Shown here piece by piece: positions 18,108 through 28,249 of a DNA stretch of 64,000 bases. A model generated the notes under the pieces. It saw nothing but the letters and a program-made list of their open reading frames with translations, was not told the DNA's origin and did not search any database. The stretch is from Gemmatimonadota bacterium (GTDB taxonomy: Bacteria > Gemmatimonadota > Gemmatimonadetes > Longimicrobiales > Gaopeijiaceae), in contig JBDHHQ010000013.1 of the NCBI GenBank assembly GCA_039589315.1, positions 1 through 64,000 of the forward strand. Direction: 5' to 3'. Positions within the stretch are counted from its first letter, which is position 1. Every line of letters starts with the position of its first letter. Position numbers and translations under genes: made by a program.

Positions 18108-19721
18108 TTGGACACGCCTACCCCGCAGGGCGGCCCTCCCCCGGGGCCGGACCGATCCAGCAGGGTCTACCTCACGACCCTCCGCCACGACCTGCGCGCG
18201 CCCATCAGCGCCATCATCGGGTACGCGGAGCTGCTCGCGGAGGATCTGGACGGACCCGAGAACCGGGAGCTCCTCGCCGACCTGGACAAGATCCGCTCGG
18301 CGGGGCGTGCCCTGCTGGCGCTGGTCGACGACCTGTTCGAACCCGGCAAGATCGCCCGGGGCGAGCTCGATCTCGACCGAGTGGGTAGCAGGCTTCGCCA
18401 CGACCTGCGAACGCCGCTGAATCACGTGATCGGGTACTCCGAGATGTTGGCCGAAGAGGCCGAGGAGGAGGGCCAGGGCGACCTGGCCACCGACCTGTTT
18501 CGCATCCGCGATTCAGGACAGCACGTCCTCCGCATGATCGAGGCCGTGTTGACCGCCGCCCCGGCAGGAGTGGCTGGGCCGGCTGAAGGGGGCGCCGGCG
18601 ACGACGGCCTCTCCGAGCTGGCCGTCGAGGTCCTGACGGACCTGGAGGCGTTCGGTGAAGCGCGGACGCCCGCCGAGGGCGGCGAGATCCGGGGACGGGT
18701 CCTGGTCGTGGACGACAACGAGTTGAATCGCGACATGCTGGCCCGGCGCGTCCGGTCCCTCGGGCACGAGGTGGCGGTGGCGACGGATGGTGCCCAGGCG
18801 CTGGAGATCCTCGCCGATGAGGACTTCGACGCCGTGCTCCTGGATATCATCATGCCGGGCATGAACGGGTACGAGGTCCTCAGTCGCCTGAAGGCGGACC
18901 CCGCCCTCCGGTCCATCCCCGTGATCATGATCACGGCCCTCGACGAGGTGGAGAGCGCGGTGCGCTGCATCGAGATGGGAGCCGACGACTACCTGCCGAA
19001 GCCGTTCGACCCCACGATCCTCGGGGCTCGCCTGGGCGCGTTGTTGGAGAAGAAGCGGCTGCGTGACCGCGAGGTCCTCTATCTCCACCGGATCGAGGAG
19101 GAGCAGAGGAAGTCGGACGAGCTGCTCCACGTGATCTTCCCTGCCGAGATCGTGCGGGAGCTGCGGGCCACCAGCACGGTGTTGCCTCGCCGGTACGACA
19201 GGGTGGCCGTCATGTTCACCGATATCGTGGGCTTCACCAGATACTCGGAGGATCGGGAGCCGGAGGAGGTGATCTTCAGCCTGCAGCAGCTGGTCCAGGC
19301 TCAGGAGCAACTGACCGAGCGCTTCGGTATGGAGAAGATCAAGACCATCGGCGATTCGTTCATGGCTGCCGCCGGCCTGCTCCGTCCCTGCGAGAACCCG
19401 GTTCTCTCGTGCGTGCGGTGCGGGCTCGAGATGATCCGGGCCGCCCGTGATCTCCCGCCGCGGTGGGAGCTGCGGGTGGGCGTCCACGCGGGTCCCCTGG
19501 TGGGCGGCGTGCTGGGCCGAAGTCAATATCTGTTCGACGTGGTCGGCGACACCGTGAACACTGCGGCTCGGGTCGAGACCCACGGGGTGCCGGGATCCGT
19601 GACCCTGACCGAAGGCGCCTGGAGTCAGATCGCCGACCTGTCCCACGGAGAGTCCCTCGGCTGGGTCGAGGCGAAGGGCAAGGGACGTCTGGAGCTGATC
19701 CGCTTCGCTTCCTTTCGTTGA
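18108..19721 (+). CDS. Response-regulated class III adenylate cyclase (DHp-DHp-REC-cyclase)
   Basis: Two H-boxes HDLRAP and HDLRTP; REC VLVVDD/LLDIIMP/DDYLPKP; cyclase FTDIVGFT, KIKTIGD, FDVVGDTVNTAAR (Lys/Asp pair consistent with ATP specificity). Confidence 0.88.
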   Translation: MDTPTPQGGPPPGPDRSSRVYLTTLRHDLRAPISAIIGYAELLAEDLDGPENRELLADLDKIRSAGRALLALVDDLFEPGKIARGELDLDRVGSRLRHDLRTPLNHVIGYSEMLAEEAEEEGQGDLATDLFRIRDSGQHVLRMIEAVLTAAPAGVAGPAEGGAGDDGLSELAVEVLTDLEAFGEARTPAEGGEIRGRVLVVDDNELNRDMLARRVRSLGHEVAVATDGAQALEILADEDFDAVLLDIIMPGMNGYEVLSRLKADPALRSIPVIMITALDEVESAVRCIEMGADDYLPKPFDPTILGARLGALLEKKRLRDREVLYLHRIEEEQRKSDELLHVIFPAEIVRELRATSTVLPRRYDRVAVMFTDIVGFTRYSEDREPEEVIFSLQQLVQAQEQLTERFGMEKIKTIGDSFMAAAGLLRPCENPVLSCVRCGLEMIRAARDLPPRWELRVGVHAGPLVGGVLGRSQYLFDVVGDTVNTAARVETHGVPGSVTLTEGAWSQIADLSHGESLGWVEAKGKGRLELIRFASFR

Positions 19722-19885
19722 GGCCCTGAACGGGGGGCGCAGGCGCAGTCCCCGATTGCCCGCCCTGGGTTCTTTCAGCGGTCAGCGACGCGGTGAGGGC
19801 GGTGGCGCCGGGCTCTTGCGCCGAATGCCCGGCGGGGATTACGTGAGAGCATCATGTCGTCGCGCCCATCTGGAGCAGTCCTTCG

Positions 19886-20410
19886 ATGAAGATCCGTCCG
19901 GTCCTTCCGCTTTTGCCGCTCCTCCTCCTACCGGTCATGGCGGCGTGTGGCTCGTCCCCTGAAGGGGATGCCGAGCCTCCAGCCCCCGCGGAGTCCGCCG
20001 ACCCCGGGCCGGAGCTCCTCCCGGAGCCCGAGCCCGAGCCCGAACCCGAGCCGGAACCGGAGCGCGAGCTCACGTTCATGGAGCTGGGAGACCAGGCTGC
20101 GGCGAACGGGGATTGGGCGGAGGCACGGAGGCTCTACGGCGAGGCCGCCACTGAGGAGGATGTCCCGCCCGAGCAGTTCGCCGAGGCCGAGGTCAAGATC
20201 GCCATGCTCTACCTGCTGCTCACGGAGGAGCCGGACCTGGACGCCGCCCAGCTTCGACTGGACGAAGCGCGCAACTCGTCCCCCACGACAGCGCGTCTCG
20301 AGGCCGCGGCGGTGCAGAAGCTCGTGGACGAGATCCGGGAGCGGGACGAGACGGTGCGGCGATTGACCGAGCTCATCGGCAACGAGCGTCTCCAGTTGGA
20401 GCGACCCTAG
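19886..20410 (+). CDS. Lipoprotein with (PE)n linker and TPR-like helices
   Basis: Lipobox MAAC; PEPEPEPEPEPEPE; helical C-terminus. Confidence 0.8.
   Translation: MKIRPVLPLLPLLLLPVMAACGSSPEGDAEPPAPAESADPGPELLPEPEPEPEPEPEPERELTFMELGDQAAANGDWAEARRLYGEAATEEDVPPEQFAEAEVKIAMLYLLLTEEPDLDAAQLRLDEARNSSPTTARLEAAAVQKLVDEIRERDETVRRLTELIGNERLQLERP
20021..20062 (+). repeat. Hexanucleotide coding repeat (Pro-Glu)x7
   Basis: CCSGAR repeated 7 times. Confidence 0.85.
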
Positions 20411-20472
20411 TCCAACGGCCCTCTTCTCGCTTACCCGACGGCCGCGCCCGATCCCGAATCCAGCTTGGACCC

Positions 20473-21675
20473 ATGAGGATTCATGCGGTTGTGCAGCTCG
20501 ACTCTCTGCCGGGCGTGGCCGCCGTGCGGCCGCGTCGTCGTTGGGCTGTCGCGATGGGGTTCCTCGCCCTGGCACTCCTGTCGCAGCCGGTGGCGGGCCA
20601 ACAGGGCACATCACGGACCCAGGAGGTGACGGAGAGCGGCCAGGAGGCTCCCGTCGAGGACGGCAACACCTTGGTGCCCCTCCCGGTCCTGTTCTACGAG
20701 CCCGAGACGGGACTCGGCTTCGGCCTGGCGGCCAACTACTACACCCGCCTCACCCAGAGTCCACCGGACGTGGTGGTGCCCCCCTCCGTCTTTCAGCTCA
20801 TCGCCGTCTATACCGTCAAGAGCCAGATCATCACCCTGCTTCGGGGAGAGCTCTTCCTGGGTGGCACCCGGTACCGTCTGCTCGGTGACATCGGCTACAC
20901 GAAGTTCCCCACCAAGTTCTGGGGCATCGGCAACGACACGCCCGACGATGCCGAGGAGGACTACACGCGGGAGCGGATCAACGTCCTCACCACGGACGCG
21001 CAGCGGGAGTTGACCCGGGGATGGTACGCGGGAATCAGTGCCCGTGCGGTGCAGCGAAGCATCACGGAGGTTCAGGAGGGAGGGCTGCTGGAGACCGGTG
21101 AGGTCCCGGGCTCGCAGGACGGCTGGAGCCTGGGGTTGGGGCTGGTGGCCACGCGTGACACGCGGTCCAGCACCACCTTCCCGACGCGGGGCAGCTTCCA
21201 CCAGCTGCGCGCCACCTTCCACTCCGAGGCGTGGGGAAGCGATTTCGGGTACGGCGCCTACCTGCTGGACCTCCGGCGCTACCTACCGTTGGGTGAACGA
21301 AGAGTCCTGGCCCTCCGGGGCCTGGGATGGGCCACCAGCGGCACCCCGCCCTTCGACCAGCTCCCTCAGGTCGGTGGTGACCAGCTGTTGAGGGGATACT
21401 TCCAGGGACGGTTCACCGACAGACAGATGCTGGCCCTGCAGGGTGAGTACCGGGGACCGGCTTTCTGGAAGCTGGGATGGGTGGCGTTCGGGGGCATCGG
21501 CCAAGTGGCGGACCGATGGGGCGACCTTCAGCTCGACGGGTTCAAGGCGTCGGTGGGCGGTGGCGTCCGGTTCCTGATCAGCCCCCGGGAGACGCTCTTC
21601 ATCCGGGCCGACCTCGGCTACGGCATCGACACCGGGTCGACGGGCTTCTACCTGAACATCGGCGAGGCCTTCTGA
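20473..21675 (+). CDS. Omp85/BamA-TamA-family outer-membrane barrel protein
   Basis: LPVLFYEPETGLGFG; GG..LLRGY..GRF.D loop motif; C-terminal YLNIGEAF. Confidence 0.85.
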   Translation: MRIHAVVQLDSLPGVAAVRPRRRWAVAMGFLALALLSQPVAGQQGTSRTQEVTESGQEAPVEDGNTLVPLPVLFYEPETGLGFGLAANYYTRLTQSPPDVVVPPSVFQLIAVYTVKSQIITLLRGELFLGGTRYRLLGDIGYTKFPTKFWGIGNDTPDDAEEDYTRERINVLTTDAQRELTRGWYAGISARAVQRSITEVQEGGLLETGEVPGSQDGWSLGLGLVATRDTRSSTTFPTRGSFHQLRATFHSEAWGSDFGYGAYLLDLRRYLPLGERRVLALRGLGWATSGTPPFDQLPQVGGDQLLRGYFQGRFTDRQMLALQGEYRGPAFWKLGWVAFGGIGQVADRWGDLQLDGFKASVGGGVRFLISPRETLFIRADLGYGIDTGSTGFYLNIGEAF

Positions 21676-21705
21676 CCCTGCCACGTCCGGTCCCGAGCGC
21701 GGGGA

Positions 21706-22068
21706 TCAACAAAGAAGCGCTTCCATCTTCCCCAGCAGCCGCTTCAAGTCCACGGGCTTCGTGTCGTAGTCGTCACAGCCCGCGTCGAGGGCGCTCTGGC
21801 GATCCTCCGACAGCGCGTGGGCCGTCAGGGCGATGATGGGGATGGGCCGCGTCTTCCCGTCCGCCTTGAGGGTCCGCGACGCCTCCCAGCCGTCCATGAC
21901 CGGAAGGCTCATGTCCATGAGGATCAGGTCCGGCGTCTCGCTCCGGGCCATGTCGACGCCCTCTCGGCCGTCCACGGCCACGATCACCTCGTAGCCCTTC
22001 CTGGCCAGCCGCCGGGAAAGCATGTCGCGGTTCATCTCGTTGTCCTCGACAAGCAGTATCTTGTTCAT
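21706..22068 (-). CDS. Single-domain response regulator (DivK/CheY-like)
   Basis: KILLVEDN; LILMDMSLP; IALTAHA; DDYDTKP. Confidence 0.93.
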   Translation of the reverse strand: MNKILLVEDNEMNRDMLSRRLARKGYEVIVAVDGREGVDMARSETPDLILMDMSLPVMDGWEASRTLKADGKTRPIPIIALTAHALSEDRQSALDAGCDDYDTKPVDLKRLLGKMEALLC

Positions 22069-22144
22069 GCCTTCCCACGCTCTCGTGATCATGATCCGCG
22101 TCGGCGCGCCGGGCGTCCGCCCTCTGGGTCCGTCGGACGCCTCG

Positions 22145-24658
22145 TCACCCGTGGTCGGAGACCTCCCGCACCTGCCGGGTCAGCTCGGCGAGGAAGTCCT
22201 CCTCAGGCACCTCGTCCTTCTTGAAGACGGTCGTGATGTAGCCGCCTAGACGGGCGCGGTCGTCGGCCGTCAGGTCCTTGGCCGTCACGACGAGCACCGG
22301 AATACGGTATCCACCCTCGCGAGACCGCAGCTCGTCCAGGAATTCGAATCCGTCCATCTCGGGCATGATGAGGTCCAGCACCACCAGGTCTGGGGGGGCC
22401 TCATCGAGAGCCTCCAGCGCCACCTTTCCGTTCTCCGCCTCGGTGACGTCCCACCCCGCGTCCTCGAGGGCCCGCTGCATGAGCCGACGCGTCGCGTCGT
22501 CGTCCTCCACCACCAGCACGCTACCGGGCACACCGTCCTGCAGCTCGTGAATCAGCCCGACCAGACGCGTCGCGTCCACGGGCTTGGTCATGTACTCGTA
22601 GGCGCCCAGGGCGATGCCCGCGCTGCGCTCCTCGTCCAGGGTCGTCACCATGATCACGGGAATGTCCACCGTCTTGGGCGAGTGCTTGAGAGCGGCGAGG
22701 ACCGACCAGCCATCCATGCCGGGCATGATGACGTCGAGGGTCACGGCCGTGGGCCGCAGGGCCCTCGCCAGCTCGAGGCCGTGCCGCCCCTCGGAGGCCG
22801 TCAGCACCCGAAAGCCCTCCTTGACCAGGTAGCGCATGATCAGCTCGCGTGCTTCCGGGTCGTCGTCGATGACGAGCACCAGCGGCGCCTCTTCGTCGAC
22901 GTCCGCCGCTCCTGCCAGCGCCGCTGCCGTCTCGGCGGCTTCGGCCGCCGACACGAGCGGTGTCGGTGGCGCCTGCAGCTCCGCCGCGGGCGCCTCCACG
23001 TCAGCGGGCAGACGCACCGTGAAGGTGGTGCCCGCCCCGACGGTGCTGTCCACGGTGATGTCGCCCCCCAAGAGCCGGCACATCTTCTGGCTGATGGGCA
23101 GGCCCAAACCGGTGCCCCCGTACTCCTTCGTCGTCGACGAGTCGGCCTGCGTAAACTCGTCGAACACCTCCTCGCACTGCTCCTCCGTCATGCCGATCCC
23201 GGTGTCCTCGACACTGAAGATGATCCAGTCGGAGTCCTCGGCCGTCTCCCGCCGGGCTTTCACGGCCACGGTCCCCTGGTTGGTGAATTTGCAGGCATTG
23301 GACAGGAGGTTCAGAAGCGTCTGCCGGACCTTGGTCTCGTCGGCGTGCATCTCGCCCAGCGCCGGATCCGCCTCGACGATCAGCTCGTTGTCGTTCGCGG
23401 AGGCCATCGGCCGGATGGTCATGGCCACCTCGTCGAGGAGCTCGCTCGGCGAGAAGTCGGTCAGGTGAAGCGTCACCTTGCCGGCCTCGATCTTCGACAG
23501 GTCGAGGACGTCGTTGATGAGAGAGAGCAGGTGCTTGCCGGCGCTCCGAATGCGGCTGAGGTCCTGGGTGAAGCTGTCCAGCCCCTCGTCTTCGGCATCC
23601 TCCATGAGCATTTCGCTATACCCGATGATCGCGTTCATGGGCGTCCGCAGCTCATGGCTCATGTTGGCCAGGAACGTGCTCTTGGCCCGGTTGGCGTCCT
23701 CCGCCGCGGTTCGCAGCGCCTCGACCTTCGTGAGCGCCATCATGAGGTTGTCGGCCATGCCGTTGAAGGCGTTGGCGAGCTGGCTCAGCTCGTCGCGGCC
23801 ACGCACGTCGATACGGTAGTCGAGGTGGCCCGCGCCCAGCTCGGTGGCGCCCGCCCTCAGCTGCGTCATCCGGGTCGTCAGGTACCAGAAGAACCAGATA
23901 GCCATCGCCAGAGCCAGCACGCTGGATGCCAGGAAGATGGCCAGGGAGACCTGATCGGTGGCGCGGGCCACTGCCCTCACCTCGTCGGTGATGAACTGGA
24001 TCCGGTCCCTACCCGCGGCCTCGAGAACCGCGAGGTGGCCCGAGGCCTCCTCGGTCGCGACCCGGTAGGTCGTGGCCGGCGGGACAACGGGCTCGAGCGG
24101 CGCCGCCGCGGAATCCGTGGCGAAAGCGTCCACGGGTGGCTGGTCACCAGGGGATCCGGCCTCGGCCTCCGGCTCGGATCCGGTCTGCGCCTCGGCAGCG
24201 GCCGCGACCGCTGCCGCGCCGGGCTGGCCCGGAGGCTCCACCGCCAGGGTGTCCGGGGGCCGGAGGAAGACCTCGAGCTCGCCAAGGGCCACCCTCATGC
24301 GGCCCAATGTCTCGACCAGGGGGTCGAGGCTGGACAACGCCACGGAATCCGTGGCGGAGGCGAGGCGCTGGATCTCCTGCTCCAAGGCGTCCAGGTCCTG
24401 ATCCAGCTCGGGCAGCTGGTCCCGGGCCAGGCCGCTCATGCCCGTTTCCACGAAGACTTCCACGGCGCGGGCCTGCTGGCTTCGGTCCTCCGCCGAGGCC
24501 TGCATCTCCACGATCAGGAATTGCCGCTGAAGCGCCCGCTCCAGGATGGCGAGCCCATTGTCGCGCACCGCGTTGCTGCGGAAGCCCAGGAGGATGTTGA
24601 GCGCGGCCAGGGCCAGGAGACCGACCAGAAAGATGATCACCCGAAGGCGGAGCGTCAT
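22145..24658 (-). CDS. Hybrid sensor histidine kinase (TM-periplasmic-TM-HAMP-HisKA-HATPase-REC-REC)
   Basis: FLANMSHELRTP; NLLSNACKFT; DTGIG; GGTGLGL; two REC domains with Asp (TLDVIMP, VLDLIMP). Confidence 0.93.
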   Translation of the reverse strand: MTLRLRVIIFLVGLLALAALNILLGFRSNAVRDNGLAILERALQRQFLIVEMQASAEDRSQQARAVEVFVETGMSGLARDQLPELDQDLDALEQEIQRLASATDSVALSSLDPLVETLGRMRVALGELEVFLRPPDTLAVEPPGQPGAAAVAAAAEAQTGSEPEAEAGSPGDQPPVDAFATDSAAAPLEPVVPPATTYRVATEEASGHLAVLEAAGRDRIQFITDEVRAVARATDQVSLAIFLASSVLALAMAIWFFWYLTTRMTQLRAGATELGAGHLDYRIDVRGRDELSQLANAFNGMADNLMMALTKVEALRTAAEDANRAKSTFLANMSHELRTPMNAIIGYSEMLMEDAEDEGLDSFTQDLSRIRSAGKHLLSLINDVLDLSKIEAGKVTLHLTDFSPSELLDEVAMTIRPMASANDNELIVEADPALGEMHADETKVRQTLLNLLSNACKFTNQGTVAVKARRETAEDSDWIIFSVEDTGIGMTEEQCEEVFDEFTQADSSTTKEYGGTGLGLPISQKMCRLLGGDITVDSTVGAGTTFTVRLPADVEAPAAELQAPPTPLVSAAEAAETAAALAGAADVDEEAPLVLVIDDDPEARELIMRYLVKEGFRVLTASEGRHGLELARALRPTAVTLDVIMPGMDGWSVLAALKHSPKTVDIPVIMVTTLDEERSAGIALGAYEYMTKPVDATRLVGLIHELQDGVPGSVLVVEDDDATRRLMQRALEDAGWDVTEAENGKVALEALDEAPPDLVVLDLIMPEMDGFEFLDELRSREGGYRIPVLVVTAKDLTADDRARLGGYITTVFKKDEVPEEDFLAELTRQVREVSDHG

Positions 24659-24957
24659 GGGCCTCGCACCTGCTGGCGTCTGGGGGAATGAGGGGCCGGG
24701 CCGGGCAGCCGCCCCGCCTCGGACCTCAAGAAGCGCCGCGCCCGGCTTCGCTGTCAAGCGATGGCGCGAGCGGGCCGAGATCGAGGCTCGGTTCGCGCCG
24801 GCCAAGCGCCTCGGGAGGTAGCTGGGAACTCCCGGTCCCGCCGGACGCTATAGCACGAGTCTCGTGGCCACGGAGGCGCCGGTGGCGCGCCTGGGTCCCG
24901 AGAGGTAGATACCGGACACGCGTCCGACCCTTTTGCCCGAACCGGAAGCCCAGCACC

Positions 24958-25437
24958 ATGAACGAGCACCGTTCCTCCCCGGCTGTCTCCCTCCCGGGGC
25001 CGTTGCCCCGACGGTCCCCCCGAGACCGCGGTGCTTGGCTGCTGGCCGTCCTGACGCTCGCCGTCGTGTCGAGCGCGTGTGAGGACGTCGGCACGAATCC
25101 GGGGACGCCCGTCGAGCCTCCGGCGGTGGGCGGTACATGGAACGGCTCGTACTTGGTGGGGGAGGATGCGTTCGCTGCCTCGTTCACCTTTTCGCAAAAC
25201 GACGTCGTGGTCACGGGCAACGCCTCCATCGACGTGCTTCTCCCCCCCTCGCCCGTGGAGGCCGCCATCGATCAGGCGGGCCGCCTCGTCATGCTGATCG
25301 AGAACGACTGCGAGGACTGGCTCGGCACCATGGAGGTCAGCACCGACGGCAGGACGATGTCAGGGTTGTTGCAGGTGGACCGGCTCCAATGTCCCACGGG
25401 CCTCAATGACATTGGGACCCTCACGCTGTCACGATAG
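24958..25437 (+). CDS. Lipoprotein with beta-rich domain
   Basis: Hydrophobic stretch and SSAC lipobox; GGTWNG. Confidence 0.75.
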   Translation: MNEHRSSPAVSLPGPLPRRSPRDRGAWLLAVLTLAVVSSACEDVGTNPGTPVEPPAVGGTWNGSYLVGEDAFAASFTFSQNDVVVTGNASIDVLLPPSPVEAAIDQAGRLVMLIENDCEDWLGTMEVSTDGRTMSGLLQVDRLQCPTGLNDIGTLTLSR

Positions 25438-25513
25438 ACCGGACCCGCGGGGTGACCGGTCCGGCGGTCCTCGGATCGGGTGAGCGCGGCGCTCCAACTC
25501 CCGCGCCCCGGTC

Positions 25514-26092
25514 CTAGCCCACCACCGCCGCGATCACGCGCGCCGGCCCGTGGACGCCGGTGACGACGATCCGACCGATGTCTGCCGACTTGCTCGGGCC
25601 CGAGTGGAGGGCCAATGCCGACACGTCCGCCGGCGCCTCCGTTCCCAGAGCCTCGGCCAGGGTGTCCCGGACTCGATCCACGGGCACCCACACCAGGTGG
25701 GTCGGCGGCAGGAGCTGCAGGAGTCGGCCCTCGGCGCTGCTCAACAGCAGGGAACCGGTCTCCGCCACCGCGTGCAGGGCCAGGGATACGCCCAGCTCCG
25801 CCTGCTCGGGCGGCGCGTCGGGCACCTCCACACGCAGCGCGGGCGGCAGGAGTGGGCTCTGAGCCACGCCGGTGAGCTCCGCCGCGAAGGTGGCGACCCA
25901 CTGACGGGCTCGCTGCACGTCGGGGAGGCGCACGACCTCGCCGCCGGCGGCCTGGAAGCTCGCGGCGAACCGGTCGACCACGTCTCCGGGCTCCGGGGTC
26001 ACCCTGGCGGTGGACGGAGACGCGCCGGGATGAGGGAAACGCTCCCGGCCGGCGAGGGCGGCACGTACCCGCGCCAGGACGTCGTCTCTCAC
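25514..26092 (-). CDS. lutC: Lactate utilization protein C (LUD domain)
   Basis: AVAETGS...LLPPTH...SGPSKSADI.....GVHGP; GTG start overlaps the lutB stop. Confidence 0.88.
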   Translation of the reverse strand: MRDDVLARVRAALAGRERFPHPGASPSTARVTPEPGDVVDRFAASFQAAGGEVVRLPDVQRARQWVATFAAELTGVAQSPLLPPALRVEVPDAPPEQAELGVSLALHAVAETGSLLLSSAEGRLLQLLPPTHLVWVPVDRVRDTLAEALGTEAPADVSALALHSGPSKSADIGRIVVTGVHGPARVIAAVVG

Positions 26093-27537
26093 GGAGCCGG
26101 CTCCACCTCCGACCCGGGCGCCCCCGTCTGGTCCGAGTCGGATGGCTGCGCGGCGCCCCCATGGCGCGGCCCACGCCGGACCGTGCCCCCTGACGGGTCG
26201 AGAGGGGCCCGAACACTCTCCCACGACCCGAGCACCGGGAGGTAGCGCGCCATGCGGCCCCCCGTAGCCGCCACCAGCCGGCCGGCGGCGCGGTAGAGGC
26301 CCGGCCGGGTCGCCACGGCGGAGAACGCCCGGAAGGCGGCGCGCTCGGCTCGTGGGGTCAATCCTTCGTCCACGGCCCTGCGTCGCCACGCCAGCAGAAG
26401 CTCCGGGATGGGAATCCGGACGGGACACGCCTCGGCGCACGCCCCGCAGAGGCTCGACGCGAACGGCAGGGGCAGCGTCTCGCTCAGTCCCAGCAGGCCG
26501 GGCGCCAGGACGGCGCCGATCGGACCGGAGTAGACGTAGCCGTAGGCGTGACCGCCGGTCTGGCGATAGACCGGGCACACGTTGAGGCATGCCCCGCAAC
26601 GAAGGCACCGCAGCGCCTCCCAGGCGTCCGGATCCGCCAGGACGCGGCTGCGCCCGTTGTCGACGAAGACCACATGGACCTCGTCCGGCCCGTCGGGCTC
26701 GTCGTCCCGGGCCGGGCCGTGGAGCAGCGAGACGAACGTGCCCACCGGCTGGCCCGTGGCGGCCCGGGCCGTGAGCTGTAGGAACACGGCCAGGTCCGAC
26801 CAGCGCGGGAGGAGCTTCTCGATTCCCACGAACGCCACGTGGACCCGCGGTGCAGACGTGGAGATACGGATGTTGCCCTCGTTCTCGATGAGCGCCAGCG
26901 TCCCGGTCTCGGCCACGACGAAGTTGCCCCCCGTGATGCCCATGTCCGCCGAAAGGAAGACCTCCCGGAGGGTCGATCGCGCGGCGGCGCAGAGCTCCTC
27001 GGGCGTCGCCTCCGGTGCGGTGCCGTGAACCTCGTGGAAGATCCGGCGGATGTCGTCCAACGTCCGGTGGATCGCGGGCCCGAGGATGTGGCTCGGCGGC
27101 TCGTCCAGGAGCTGAATGATGTACTCGCCCAGGTCGCTCTCCACCGCCTCCACGTCCTGGGACGCCAGGTGATCGTTGAGCCCGAGCTCCTCGCTCACCA
27201 TGCTCTTACCCTTCACCACCCGGGAGACGCCGTACCGGCTCACGAGCTCGTCGAGGACCCTTCGGGCAGCTGCTGCGTCGTCGGCCCAGTGGACGTGCGC
27301 CCCGTGCTCGACGAGGCGAGCTTCCGCCTGTTCGAGGTAGGTGTCCAGGTGAGTGAGCACGTGGCTCTTGACCTGCTCGGCCCACCGACGCCACGCGTCG
27401 ACGTCCACCTCGCCGTAGGCTCTCAGACGGTGGGCGTCGAAAGCGAGGGCTGCCTGGGTGACGGCGTCTCGCACGCCGGGGGTCTGCTCCAGCGTCTCCC
27501 GGGCCAGGCGGGGATAGTGGGCGCTACGCGGATCCAT
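26089..27537 (-). CDS. lutB: Lactate utilization protein B (LUD plus 4Fe-4S)
   Basis: KGKSMVSEE; DLGEYIIQL..EPPSHI; ENEGN; CLRCGACLNVCP; SSLCGACAEACP. Confidence 0.93.
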   Translation of the reverse strand: MDPRSAHYPRLARETLEQTPGVRDAVTQAALAFDAHRLRAYGEVDVDAWRRWAEQVKSHVLTHLDTYLEQAEARLVEHGAHVHWADDAAAARRVLDELVSRYGVSRVVKGKSMVSEELGLNDHLASQDVEAVESDLGEYIIQLLDEPPSHILGPAIHRTLDDIRRIFHEVHGTAPEATPEELCAAARSTLREVFLSADMGITGGNFVVAETGTLALIENEGNIRISTSAPRVHVAFVGIEKLLPRWSDLAVFLQLTARAATGQPVGTFVSLLHGPARDDEPDGPDEVHVVFVDNGRSRVLADPDAWEALRCLRCGACLNVCPVYRQTGGHAYGYVYSGPIGAVLAPGLLGLSETLPLPFASSLCGACAEACPVRIPIPELLLAWRRRAVDEGLTPRAERAAFRAFSAVATRPGLYRAAGRLVAATGGRMARYLPVLGSWESVRAPLDPSGGTVRRGPRHGGAAQPSDSDQTGAPGSEVEPAP

Positions 27538-28249
27538 CCATCCCCTCCCGAAGGACGGAGGCCAGGTGTCGCACGGTCAAGCCCATCCGACGGTGGCGGG
27601 CCCGTCCGTCCAGCTGCAGGAGGCAGCCCGGGTCGGCCGAGGTGAGGAGGTCCGCGTCGGGCAGCGTATCGAGCTTGCGATCGGCCATACCGGCCGACAC
27701 CGGTGGCAGCTTCACCGAGAACGTCCCCCCGAAGCCGCAGCACTCCCGATCCGCAGGCCAGTCCACGACGGTGGCGCCGGCGCCTTCGAGCAATGTCAGG
27801 GGCTCGTGCAGGAGGCCCAGCTCCCGGAGCGCGTGGCAGCCATGGTGATAGGCGATCCGCCGGCCACGGAGACCCTGGCCCACGCGCTCCCGACCCAGGT
27901 GGCGCACGATGTACTCGGACAGCTCCCACGTGCGGGCAGCGAGGTCGGTGGCGGCTCCGGCCGCGCTGTCACTTGCCAGGAGCCGGGGAAAGACCGTGCG
28001 GATCATGGCGGCGCAGCTGCCCGACGGCGTGACCACGGGCCCCGCGTCGGACAGGACCCTCACGGTGTGCCGGGCCACCCGAACGGCCTCGGTCATGTAC
28101 CCGGCGTTGTACGCCGGCTGTCCGCAGCAGGTCTGCCCAGCGGGGACGTCCACCTGGACACCCAGACCCTCGAGCACGTGGATGGCATCGTGCACGGCGT
28201 CGGCGAAGAAGTGATCTCCCAGGCAGGTGACGAACAGAGATACGCGCAC
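27524..28249 (-). CDS. lutA: Lactate utilization protein A (CCG-domain Fe-S oxidoreductase)
   Basis: LFVTC; QTCCGQPAYNAG; PSGSC; CCGFGGTFSVK. Confidence 0.92.
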   Translation of the reverse strand: MRVSLFVTCLGDHFFADAVHDAIHVLEGLGVQVDVPAGQTCCGQPAYNAGYMTEAVRVARHTVRVLSDAGPVVTPSGSCAAMIRTVFPRLLASDSAAGAATDLAARTWELSEYIVRHLGRERVGQGLRGRRIAYHHGCHALRELGLLHEPLTLLEGAGATVVDWPADRECCGFGGTFSVKLPPVSAGMADRKLDTLPDADLLTSADPGCLLQLDGRARHRRMGLTVRHLASVLREGMDGSA

